From Octopus sinensis (Eukaryota), in assembly GCF_006345805.1 (NCBI RefSeq), contig NC_043005.1, forward strand, positions 89,156,001 through 89,220,000: DNA of 64,000 bases. Direction: 5' to 3'. Both the position numbers and the translations under genes were made by a program. The notes beneath the pieces were generated by a model that was not told where the DNA came from, made no database searches, and saw only the letters and a program-made list of their open reading frames with translations. The stretch's first letter is position 1. Every line of letters starts with the position of its first letter. Shown here one piece after another: positions 13,316 to 24,599 of this stretch.

Positions 13316-15385
13316 TCAAATATATAAATTCCGTTCTGTCTGTTTGTGCGCTTATAACTCGAGTATTGTTCATCTGACCGCACTGAAATTTTAAACAAGG
13401 CTACATGAGAGAGCAGGGCATTCCGTAATCTAAAAAGATTTTCAAAATTGTTAGTTTCAAAGTGAAAATTTCTATTTTTGTAATCTTTTTGTCCTATATT
13501 TTCCGCCATTAAAAGCAATGAGTTTACTCAGACAGCCAGCACATACCATTTCACTACTAAAAAGGGTAGTACAGGATGACAGTTAGCCAAAACCGTCGCT
13601 ATAGTGTCTCTCTTCTTTCCTCTCTCTGTCTCTCTTTTGATGTCCGATTCCACTTGAAGTTGTATATACACACTGTTAAGATTCGTTAACAATCAATTAT
13701 CGTAATTGAGATGAAACAATCAAAAGTAACCACCACATACAATCACCCAACATCTCCACTACTTAACACCGTCCAACTTAACCCTTTTCACCTTTACAGC
13801 CGACAGGAAAAAACTACGCAAAAAAGAGAAAAAATTGATTGCTATTAAAACGCATAACCTTTTTGGGGTTAATAATCTTAATCTTTAGTTACAGTTTCTC
13901 ATTCAAACTACATAATAGTCAGAATTGTCGGATTAAGACAGTAGGGTGTTTTGAGGGAGATTTGGCTGCTATTTCTACCAGGTCTAGCTACCATGTAGAG
14001 GTCTCCCTCATTGACTCATACATACACATATACATAAAATCGAAATAAAATACTTAGTCGTCAAATACAAAAGCGAAGGTCAATGCAGTGTCATGGGCCA
14101 AAAGAATTTCCAACTTCTTGCCTAATGCAAACCCATAACAATCTCTTATATCTTACATTATTTCGATATTATGTCTCTATTGTAATGCGAGATAATTTTA
14201 AAGCTCAAATTGTAATGCGAGATAATTTTAAAGCTCAAATTAAACGTAATTTCCATTCACATATTTGCATTTCAAAAATTTAACATTATAATCTTTTCCA
14301 TAAATCAACTTTCATAAACATGTTATACGATGACGTCACATTCTGTATATGTGTGTGTACCTTAAAAGACATCAATCATCACGACACACACCTTCACTCA
14401 CTCACTCTATCTTTCTTTGTCACTCTCTTTCTCTCTCTCTCTCTTTCACACACACACACACACACACACGCGCACACACCTGTCCATTTCATATAGACGT
14501 ACATACATCTTTTACTTTCTTTCTCTGTCCTTTTCGCTTTCTCTTCTTTCAATTTCTGCTCTCTTCAAATAAATTTTTATGGAATGAGCGGGAGAAACAC
14601 AGAAAAGATGTAATCTCTCCAGAAACAAGTATAAAGCAAGGAGGATTGTAGAAAACCGAAGGCAAAAGTTTGAAGAGAGATGAGATTTTCTCAAGATCCA
14701 TCCCATTCTTATAAAAATGATAACTCTGTCCAAATTGGTGTGCTGAGCACAAATTGTCGTTTATGTAGAGCTTTAAAATTTTCAAATGGAACAAATGGTA
14801 TGTGTTGCTCAGGCGGTCAGGTAACATTGCCAGCACTACTCTTATGAATCTTCTAGAAGGCACTTCACTCCAGTGAAAGGATTTTCTGAACAATATCAGA
14901 CAATACAACTCTGTATTTCAAATGACATCGTTTGGTACATCTAAGAAGATAGATAAACATGAATTTACATCGACGTCAAAGTTCAAGGGCAGGTCTATCA
15001 CCTCATTGGTTCCCTCTTACCCACAAATGAACAACCACAGTTCCTCCAAATTGACTTTATGAGTGATGTAGGGTAACAAACCTGAAGAAGGTGTTAAAAT
15101 TTCAGATGATGGGTGATGCTAGACATAGTGCTGACTGCTGCAAATTTCGGTGCGTTCAAAAATCACATAACCCCCATCTCCAGTTTTCCATAACAGGTTA
15201 GGGTCTGAAATACTCCAAACGGTCGCATAGCATGTTACTGAGTCGGATTAGCCCGGCATTTACTCCACAAATGTTTTGTTGTTAATGCTGCATTCTCCCA
15301 TATCACCTGTTTCAACATAACTGTAATATGTTATATACAAGCTATTTCCATTTTAATCCTGAGCAATGCCGGGCATCTCTGCTAG
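13316..15385 (+). mobile_element. Internally deleted Helitron with a Rep N-terminal remnant
   Basis: 5' A|TC...tatataaa start. Remnant CRLCRALKF...GMCCSGGQV...FLNNIRQYNSVFQMTSFG...KVQGQVYHLIGSLLP at ~14730-15050. The 3' end gagcaatgccgggcatctctgCTAG resembles the 3' end of the 26760-27072 element. Confidence 0.75.
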
Positions 15386-15529
15386 AAAATGTGTGCATGT
15401 GTATGCATTTGTATATATATATATATATAAGTTCAGCAAAAATTTAGATTCAAATGAATATGGTACTTAATTTAGATGCACCAGAATTCTGTATGGTGTT
15501 ATCCATAAAAATCCGTGGGGTGATTATAA

Positions 15530-15581
15530 TCAAAATAAGCAACAAGAATGACTCCGGAGTCATTCTTGTTGCTTATTTTGA
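15530..15581. repeat. Perfect 52-bp palindrome terminating a repeat fragment
   Basis: tcaaaataagcaacaagaatgactcc|ggagtcattcttgttgcttattttga. The upstream 15440-15545 is homologous to 62710-62810. Confidence 0.95.
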
Positions 15582-15583
15582 AT

Positions 15584-15614
<31 letters not shown>

Positions 15615-15759
15615 GCATTTGTATATATATTTATGTCTTGCCTATATATGCTTGTATATGTATGTAGCTATGTACATGTGTATGTTTTAGTGTATATATG
15701 TATATTATAGATGGTTTGGTATGTGCATATACTGCTAAATGTATATGTAACCCAACAAG

Positions 15760-16633
15760 AATTGTATAAACCTTCTTGATAGGCCGTTCTATATATTCGT
15801 ATTTTTATTTGCATATATATTTTTTACCTTCTGTGTGTTTTTTTATATATGTATTCCTTTTAAATCCATGTTTGTTCTCTAACCAATGTTTTTCTCTATA
15901 TATACATATATATATAATACGTACCAGAGTAAGCACATAAATGCGAAACAAGGTGGAAAAAATAGTGCTCGAATACCAGAGGTAGAGTAATATGCTTTAT
16001 TAAAAAGCAGCAAAAATATCACAAAAACTGTTACTCAGAGTTTCACGTTCCCATTTGTCAGACAGTTTTGTTTAGAGTGGAACAAAGATAAGGTTATAAG
16101 CAAACATACAATTAGTTTGATAGATACACATTTAAAAATGGTTTTGTTTCATTGGTCTTTTCAACTAACGGTTTTTCCAATGACCGGTTACATGCAATGA
16201 ACAAAATTCAGTATAAAATCATCTTATTATAAAATCGAAGAAAACCTTACATCAAAAATAGCTTATAAAGAAGGAAAAAGTCTAAATTTTTTTTAACAGA
16301 TATGACTTTTAATGTATTGATTAATATTTTACAAATAATTATTGACCCTGGGTATTTAGACTCTTTCCTTCTTTATAAGCTATTTTTGATGTAAGGTTTT
16401 CTTCGATTTTATAATAAGATGATTTTATACTGAATTTTGTTCATTGCATTTTAACCGGTCATTGGAAAAACCGTTAGTTGAAAATATGTATATATAGAGA
16501 AAAACATTGGTTAGAGAACAAACATGGATTTAAAAGGAATACATATATAAAAAAACACACAGAAGGTAAAAAATATATATGCAAATAAAAATACGAATAT
16601 ATAGAACGGCCTATCAAGAAGGTTTATACAATT
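15760..16633. repeat. Nested inverted repeats (A-B-C-loop-C'-A') around a Penelope-like terminal segment
   Basis: A 15760-15909 / A' 16484-16633; C 16158-16286 / C' 16355-16484; few mismatches. B contains a hammerhead-like fold. Confidence 0.9.
16024..16069 (-). ncRNA. Minimal type I hammerhead ribozyme-like motif, probably inactive (G8 to A)
   Basis: Minus strand: aaaactgt-CTGACAA-atg(ggaa)cgt-GAAA-ctctgag-TA-acagtttt; 8-bp stem I and near-palindromic stem III. Confidence 0.7.
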
Positions 16634-17130
16634 ATAGAATTGTAAAAATTCTAAAGCATGTCATACAACTAAAAACCTAAATAAAAATATCAATTAACTA
16701 AAAAAATTTAACTCCAGCCTACCAATGGTTTTAATGAAATGAACTTTTTTGACATATTTTTAATTCAGGGGAATAAAAAAATTTAGCTTATTTATATTTT
16801 ATTTAGACGTTTTGTTGCTTGACACACTTTAGAATTTTTATTCAATTGTGTAACTTTGTGATAGGCAGTTATCTGTATTTTTATATGCTTATATATATAT
16901 ATTACCTTTTGTGTTTTTTTTTTATATATGTATTCTTTATATGTTGAAGGTTATGGTTATATTTATATATGAAGCATGGTGTTATATAAAGTCATCGACT
17001 CGAATTTGATGGCTGTACTCTAATCAATGTTTTTTAAATTTTTAATCTGTCTCAATTTCATTTGAGCACTCTTTTGCAGTCTTAAAAACCCTTTTGTCTC
17101 CATAAAAAGAGGCAAAAATTGTTCTTTGTC

Positions 17131-17165
<35 letters not shown>

Positions 17166-17166
<1 letters not shown>

Positions 17167-17504
17167 ATAGTTATCGCCAAGCTAACATGGTAGTCCAGAT
17201 AAATAGGACAAATGCTGCCGTTGATTAGCACCAAGAGGCCATCGCCTCTAGCTAGCTATGTGACACACAAACCTGTGTCCATTATAACCTTCGAACAAGG
17301 GAGATCAGCAGCTTCCCCTTGCTGGGCTGGCATCCACAGACTAGTGTTGAGGTGTTTGCCTCTTATCTGACCAGCAAGGGGAAGCTGCTGACCTCCCTGT
17401 TCGAAGTTTATAATGGACACAGGTTTGTGTGTCACATAGCTAGCTTAGAGCTGATGGCTTGTCCTATTTATCTGGACTGCCATATTAGCTTGGCGATAAC
17501 TATT
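17166..17504. mobile_element. MITE-like foldback with ~130-160-bp inverted arms
   Basis: aatagttatcgccaagctaa...cttccccttgctgg (17166-17325) is mirrored at 17371-17504; the left arm has a ~25-nt extra segment. Confidence 0.8.
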
Positions 17505-17978
17505 AATATGCAGTACCGCTGCCATAGTCTCCTTTAGAGAGAATTAGAAATAATGATGATTCTACACACACGCCTATATATATTTTTATATATATAAATG
17601 AATATTTATTATTCTTAAGCAAGAATGTTGTTGACAGTGACTTCGAAGTCTCGGGTAGCTAAGCCATAGTCAGACTGCAATACATTAGAGTTAGTCTTGC
17701 CTTTATATAGTCTCTTGAGCTAGAATCTTCCTTGGGTCTGTCGGTTTGAGTGGAGTGATAATCACGTGTTTATGGCTAGTTATTATGGAGAGGTGTTTTG
17801 GAGAAATTTTTATTGATTAAATTGGGAAGATGTTATTGTTTAGAATTTATTCATGCAGGTAGAAATTTGTAGACAAGTGTGTAGGTAATACAGTTCTATA
17901 TTAAAGAGATGAGGAATTATGTACATTATTTACATTATTTAAAATTGACGGATATTTGTCCTCATCTTGTTTGTTGTT

Positions 17979-18024
17979 AACACAACGTTTCGACTGATAT
18001 ACCCTCCAGCCTTCATCAGGTGTC
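17979..18024 (-). ncRNA. Minimal type I hammerhead ribozyme motif, core intact
   Basis: Minus strand: gacac-CTGATGA-a-ggctg(gagggtatat)cagtc-GAAACGTT-gtgtt; stem I gacac/gtgtt, 5-bp stem II, palindromic ACGU stem III, GUU site. Confidence 0.78.
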
Positions 18025-18071
18025 TTGGGGAAATTTTGAACCTAGGTTCTCATTCCTAAAGTATTTTTCGA

Positions 18072-18128
<57 letters not shown>

Positions 18129-18174
18129 CATTATTATTATTATTATTATATTATTATTATTATTATTATTATTA

Positions 18175-18205
<31 letters not shown>

Positions 18206-18378
18206 CATTATTATTATCTTTCAGGTCACTGCCTGGTATCAAATTCGGAATCTTGGGGTTAGCCCGCACTCTTAACCCCTATGCCATATGCCCAGGCATA
18301 TGGCATAGTGGTTAAGAGTGCAGGCTACTAACCACAAGATTCCAAATTAGATTCCAAGCAGTGACCTGAATAATAATG

Positions 18379-18441
<63 letters not shown>

Positions 18442-18477
18442 TCGAAAAATGAGAACCCAGGTTCAAAATTTCCCCAA

Positions 18478-18523
18478 GACACCTGATGAAACCTGGAGGG
18501 TATATCAGCCGAAACGTTGTGTT
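18478..18523 (+). ncRNA. Inverted second copy of the hammerhead motif, stem II damaged
   Basis: gacac-CTGATGA-a-acctg(gagggtatat)cagcc-GAAACGTT-gtgtt; two stem II mismatches next to the core. Confidence 0.65.
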
Positions 18524-19888
18524 AACAACAAACAAGATGAGGACAAATGTCCATCCAATATAAGTAACGTAGACAAGTGTGTAGGTGTTTCTCTTTTGTT
18601 AGATAGGCACGAGTTGTGAGAGTATTGTTGTTGCTTTTAGTATTATTGGATGTATTGGATTTGACAATGCAAAGGTCAAAGGTACAAAGTCCAGTATTCA
18701 AGTCCTTGGTAATTGGGTGCCTCAACGTTTTGTTTCTAACAAAAGAATGTAGGTAGATGGTAAACTCTGGCTGAGAAATACCTAAACGTTTATAAATTTC
18801 TACATACCATAAGATTGGTGCCAGGCTTGAGAAAAAAGTCCTGGGATCGTTTCATTTGACTAGACATTCCTCAAGGCAGTGCCCCAGCATGGCCACAGTC
18901 GAAAGACTGAAACAGGTAAAAGACACATGAATAAACAGTACAACCGTTTCTTCACAAATTAAAGCAAATAAAGAAGCTAGCTCATCTGATTAGCGGAATA
19001 TCAACTGTTGAACTTTAAATATACACAATAAGTCCACTCTTTATATATACAGTGTACTTAAGGCCAGAATTGGACGAAATTACATGGATTTGGGCCATAG
19101 AAGTAAATATCAAAGTGAAGATATATTGTGTTGCTATTATTATAGAAAAAAAATGTTCATCGCATTTGGATATCCTCATATCAATTAAGTTCAAATGCTA
19201 GAAAGAAATTCAGGAATTCCCCATCCTTAATTTAAGCAAAATAACAAGAAGAAATAAAAAGACGTGAAGTAAAAATAATGCAAAAAATATATGAAAATAT
19301 AAGCAAATAATATAAAAGAACTCTTCACCAAAGTAATTACACAAAAGGGAAAATGGGGGACAAAAGATTTGATGATTTAAAGATTCTATGGAATTCATGG
19401 ATAACTTATTTCATAAGTAATTTCCTGGATTGTTACATGATGTCCTTCCATAACTATTCGCCGAATCTTCTCAGTCACCTCGTTTCCGCTTGTGGATGGC
19501 CTGCCTTCACATGCCTCCCTCACCACTCAGTAGAAGCCGTGTTTGAAACAGTTATACCACTCCTTACTTTGAGTTTTGTCCATGGTATCATATCGCCAAT
19601 GGTTTGTTGAATTCTCTGGATGGTTTGAGCTTGAGTACCCCCAAGATTTTGGCCAAACATGATGCAATATCTCTGCTTGGTGCACTTGGCCATCTGACGG
19701 TAAGACGAAAATCAGAGTGAGAACCACATATCTGTACTTTAGGCATAACAGCCGAGAACTGATGCAACCTACAGGCGCAGGAAGGGCAGTGTTATCCCCC
19801 CATCCAAAGTATTTTGCCCACGTGACATTAGATTTGGAGGAAAAAACATTAGATTTGGATACCTTTTGAGTACACCTCATGTGTGTGT

Positions 19889-19926
<38 letters not shown>

Positions 19927-19986
19927 GTGTGCGCGTGTGTGTTTAATCAGATGAATTTTTAAGTTTTTCTCTTCAATGTTTTTCAG

Positions 19987-20140
19987 ATTGGTCGCAAAAA
20001 AGTGATAATTGTGTGTTTATTTTTGCAAGGGTCATCTGGAATAGCAAATGCTTTAATCTCCAACATTTATGCCATATATGTGTTACGTTTTCTCAATGCG
20101 GTTGGTGGTTCTGGATCCTACATTCCCTCAGTTGTCTTTG
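19987..20140 (+). CDS. SLC22-like exon (154 bp; 1 nt too short to keep frame)
   Basis: tttcag| and |gtaagc. IGRKKVIIVCLFLQGSSGIANALISNIYAIYVLRFLNAVGGSGSYIPSVVF reads in phase 0, although the previous exon ends in phase 2. Confidence 0.85.
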
Positions 20141-20459
20141 GTAAGCAAACAACGTCCATTTTTAAAATTGAATGATTTTCTGTCTCTTATTCTTTATCTG
20201 CTCCCTTCCATTAGAAAGAGACCTTTGAGGGGTTTTAATCATATCAGCTACTTTAGTTCATCCCATTACTGAAAAGAAATATTACGTTGCTCTGAGTGGA
20301 AGGGCAATAGTCATGGCAAAACAGAAAAGCACAGGTTACGCAAACACATACGAAGTGGTATCAAAAAGTTCCCGGACTACTTCTGTAGCACGCCAACAGA
20401 TGCCAGCACATGGTTGCATGTGCAGTGAGGCATGCTAGCTTCATGTGCTGATTGGTCTA

Positions 20460-22945
20460 CAAACAGTTTGAAATCAGACCCTCCCACTTCAATTGCTGAC
20501 AAAGAAGCAGTAGAGTCACTTCTCGACTTTATGAATGAGTTTTTCTTATCCCCACTTATCTTTGCACCAAGATATCAGAACATTTTAGACCTTGTATTCA
20601 GTAACCTCACTAACACAATACACAATATTTCAGTGGGGAAAAAACCCTTCTTTCAGACCATGACATGGTTCTCTGTAATCTGAGATTTCTCCAGCCGAAA
20701 GCTAACCCTAGCGACCTCTCTCCAGCCCACCCATTAGATACTATGGATCTCTATGATGCCGACTGGGGCGCAATCATAAATGGTCTCTCACATGTTGAGT
20801 GGTCTTTGACACATGCACACCGTCACAAACATATGTGCTAAACACATCCCACCGAGACCTATTAAGGAAACTAAGTGCAGAATTCCCCAAAACAGAAAAA
20901 CGATTATCAGAAAAATAAAAAGAACAAAGAAAAAAATTAACAAACTAAAATACCTCCGACAACCACATATATATTCGACAGCTATCACCCTGCTCGAATA
21001 AAAAAAACATATAACCTCCAACGATGCATTACGGCCATCATCAATAACCAAAGAACAGCTGAGGAGAAATGTGTCATTGAGAAAATCAAACTCAACCCCA
21101 AAGAGTTATTCTGTTTTGCGAAAACAAAACAGGGTCACTGTCTCCACTGTTGACTCTCTAATTGATGAAATTGGCAATCTCCAAGATAATGCCAAAACCA
21201 TGAGTGAGATACTGCAGAAACAGTACTGCTTTGTTTTAAGAAACCCTGATATGGCCGATCTGGACTGTATCAACGCACTATATCGGACATAACGTTTGGT
21301 GCCCATGATGTCTTAGCGACAATAAACGAAATCAAACACAATTCATCAGTAGGCCCTGATAGGTTCCCTGATTGTGCCCCGAAGGTGTGCCGACACCAAC
21401 TTGCATCTCTTGCTAAAGAGTGGAGGAACTCACTGGATGATGGTTATATTCCTGAAAACTTTCTGTTCCAGTCTGTTGTCCCAGTTTTCAAAAAGGGAAA
21501 CAAGTCCCGTTGCAGCGAACTACCATCTGATCTCACTCACCTCTCAATTATCAAGATATTTGAGAAGGTGGTGAGATCACGGATAATCCACTTTCTTAAA
21601 AGCAACAGAGTGCTGAACCCCAACCAACATGGGTTCCGTAATGGACGGAACTGTCTAACATAGCTCCTGCATCACTTTGATGACATTTTGAGAGCTTTGG
21701 GAGAGGAATCAGATACTGATGTCATCTACTTTGATTTCTGCAAGGCCTTTGACCGAGTGGATCATAAGATCCTCTTGGAAAATACTATCCAAAATTCGTG
21801 TCTCTGCAAAGTCATTACAATGGATCCTGACAAGCAAAACCCATCACGTTGTAGTTGAAACAGTAAAATCAAACGCCAGCCAAAGTCAGTAGTGGTGTTC
21901 CTCAAGGCACTGTGTCAGGCCCACTATATCAATGACATTACTAACATCATCAAGCACAGTAACATAAGAATCTTTGATTCCAAGATCCAGAGGGTCGTCA
22001 CAGAAGTGGGTGACCGGACATGCCATCAGTCAGACCTACTGGCTGTAATAATCCGATGGGCGGGAAAGAATATTATGCTGCTGAACAAGGACAAATTTGA
22101 GTTATTCCACTTCGGAAAATAGGATACCCTGAAACTCGGGGTATCCTATTTCAGATAAAACTCTCATGGCATCCAACAACATCTGAGACTTGGTAGCAAT
22201 TGTGAACAACATTATATGCTGGGCCACACATATAAACAGCAAAGTCGATATGGCCCGCACAATGTGATCCTGGATTCTCAGAACTGTCCAGTCAAGAGAT
22301 ATCCACTCCCTTATCCTTCTCTTCTCCACTTTTGACCTCCACCTTGAATACTGTTGTCCACTGTGGTCTCCCTACACGAAACAAAGTATCATGAAAACTG
22401 AAGCACTGCAAAGGTCAATTACAAAAAAGATAGATGGCATGACAGGCCTTCACTATTGGGGTCGACTAGAAAAGTTCAAACCTTATTCTCTCCACCACTG
22501 CCGTGAACACTACATCATCTGCATGAGGTGGAAAATATTCAATAAGCATTGTCCAAATGATGTTCACATCACCTTTAAGATACACCCAAGACTTGGGCCC
22601 CATGCTATCTGCCCAGGACAAAAATCATACTCGCATCACATAACTATATAGCACAATTATTTCACCTCAATTGGCCCCGCTCTCTTTAACATTACACCAA
22701 AACATATTAAAGCAGAAACAGACCCCATAATGTTCAAGAAGTCTTTAGATAAATTCCTTTAAAAAATCCCGGATAAACCTCCTACACCCGGATATGTCTC
22801 CCTAAACAATAACTCTCTACTTGAGCTGGCCATGTTGTCCGATTCCTGGTTTGAATGACTTTGCCAAGTGGTGCTATTAAGTTAGACATGGCCTGGACCA
22901 ATACTGGCTGAAACCTATCAAAGTATAAAAGCATCAAAGTATACA
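20460..22945 (+). mobile_element. Degenerate 5'-truncated CR1/L2-group LINE
   Basis: NILDLVFSN, NPNQHGFRNGRNCLT, DFCKAFDRVDH, LNKDKFELFHFG, RPHLEYCCPLWSP; many stops; followed by (CATA)n. Confidence 0.88.
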
Positions 22946-23249
22946 TCTGTATGCATACATACATACATACATACATACATACATACATACATACATACAT
23001 ACATACATACATACATACATACATAAACATACATACACATACATATATGTGTTTGGAGATGATGTACAGGTATTGTATATTAGAAGAAATGAGGTACTCA
23101 GAAATTCGGATGGTTTTATATTCACAGATATTTATTTGTATATTACATGTTTTTATACATCATATAACTTATATCATATATCATATATTAGCGCTTTCGT
23201 CCATTCTGGTGGATTTTTCAAATTGAACTAAGTGATTTTTCGAATTGAA

Positions 23250-23280
<31 letters not shown>

Positions 23281-23390
23281 ATATAAGTTAAAAATAGGAT
23301 AAAATCTTTATAAGAATTTATCAAGTAGTTAGCACAAAAAACCTCATAAGAGACAAAAAAAACATCAATTTTTCTCTTAATATATTTATT

Positions 23391-23538
23391 TATATTATCT
23401 AGAGGCCATTACTATACATAAATGCCACACTAGGAGGGACTCTGAAAATCAAAACTACCAAAATTTATTTATTTTGGTAATTTTGACTTTAAGAGTCCCT
23501 CTTAGCGTGTGGCATTTATGTATAGTAATGCCCTCTAG

Positions 23539-23546
<8 letters not shown>
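23391..23546. repeat. Imperfect ~156-bp hairpin between (TA)n tracts
   Basis: tctagaggccattactatacataaatgccacac... is mirrored by ...gtgtggcatttatgtatagtaatgccctctaga. Confidence 0.9.
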
Positions 23547-23627
<81 letters not shown>

Positions 23628-23924
23628 ACATATACATATATATATATATACATTTCCACACGTTTCACTAAGGATGTTCCAGAGGTTGAGAGAACTTATT
23701 CTGTCATTTCTGGGAATATTAAATAAACTGGAACATGAAGGTGAGTGTAAAAAAGATAAAGATGGAAATAAAAGCATCAAACAATCTTCTTTAACTAAGG
23801 TAAATAAAAGCAAGAAGAAAAATGATACAAATGTGATCGGAGTTTTGAAGATGAACGCATTATTAAAAAGCATGGATCCAACTCTGTAGATACCAAATAT
23901 ATGCTTAGCATAAAGAATAAGAAA

Positions 23925-24066
23925 CAGAAGAAGAAGAAGAAGAAGAAGAAGAAGAAGAAGAAGAAGAAGAAGAAGAAAAGAAGAAGAAGAAGAAGAAGAA
24001 GAAAAAGAAAAAGAAGAAGAAGAAGAAGAAGAAAGAAGAAGAAGAAGAAGAAGAAGAAGAAGAAGA
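23925..24066. repeat. (GAA)n microsatellite
   Basis: Direct reading; it generates the poly-Lys/Arg and poly-Phe/Leu ORFs in the track. Confidence 0.97.
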
Positions 24067-24169
24067 ATCTATTGATATACATAAATTTAAGAATATTATT
24101 TACAGTGAGAAAAAAATCAAATAGTAATAATGTTAATACAAAAGGAAGCATATATATAAATAATAAAAC

Positions 24170-24390
24170 AAATGAATCAAGGAATATTATATGGCATAAT
24201 GCACCTTTCACATATTCAATAGCTACCAATATTCCTTAAAAGTTCTTTGCTGCGTTAGATAAATATTTCCCACCTTCAAATATATACAGGAAATTATTTA
24301 ATCGCCATAGTATAAAACTTTTGTATTCAACCACCAGAAATTTAGCTGAGATTTTAGCAGCACATAACAAACGGGAAATTAGAGAATAGC
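24170..24390 (+). mobile_element. Penelope-like element remnant (region between RT and GIY-YIG)
   Basis: RNIIWHNAPFTYSIATNIP*KFFAALDKYFPPSNIYRKLFNRHSIKLLYSTTRNLAEILAAHNK resembles the PLE motif RNIIWFNPP...F..N.VK.SYS...N....I..HN. Confidence 0.7.
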
Positions 24391-24528
24391 GTAACTCATA
24401 ATCTGTAAAGAAGACTAGAATCGATAGTGTGATTTGTGAAATTAATTGTAATGATAATTTTTTTAAAGTAGATTTCGATTTCTATAAGTAAAATTAATTC
24501 CGATTCTGATAACAGTTAGCACCTAGAT

Positions 24529-24597
<69 letters not shown>

Positions 24598-24599
<2 letters not shown>

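Larger units (their letters stand above)
17887..18568. mobile_element. Head-to-head foldback SINE-like element: tRNA-like head, (TAA)n, hammerhead module, flanked by an 18-bp TSD
   Basis: Symmetry centre 18293-18294. Direct repeat gtagacaagtgtgtaggt at 17869-17886 and 18569-18586. Head ggcatatggcatagtggttaagagtgc has an A-box-like motif. Confidence 0.85.

Noticed and set aside
18295-18370. tRNA gene, and similar heads at ~8760-8830, 50945-51010, 52022-52090, 60500-60570
   Set aside because: A/B-box-like motifs are present, but there is no complete cloverleaf or acceptor stem and each runs into a repeat body; these are SINE heads.
23080-23135. catccGAA..tctgagTA resembling the 3' half of a hammerhead (minus)
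   Set aside because: No intact CUGANGA or matching stem I nearby.
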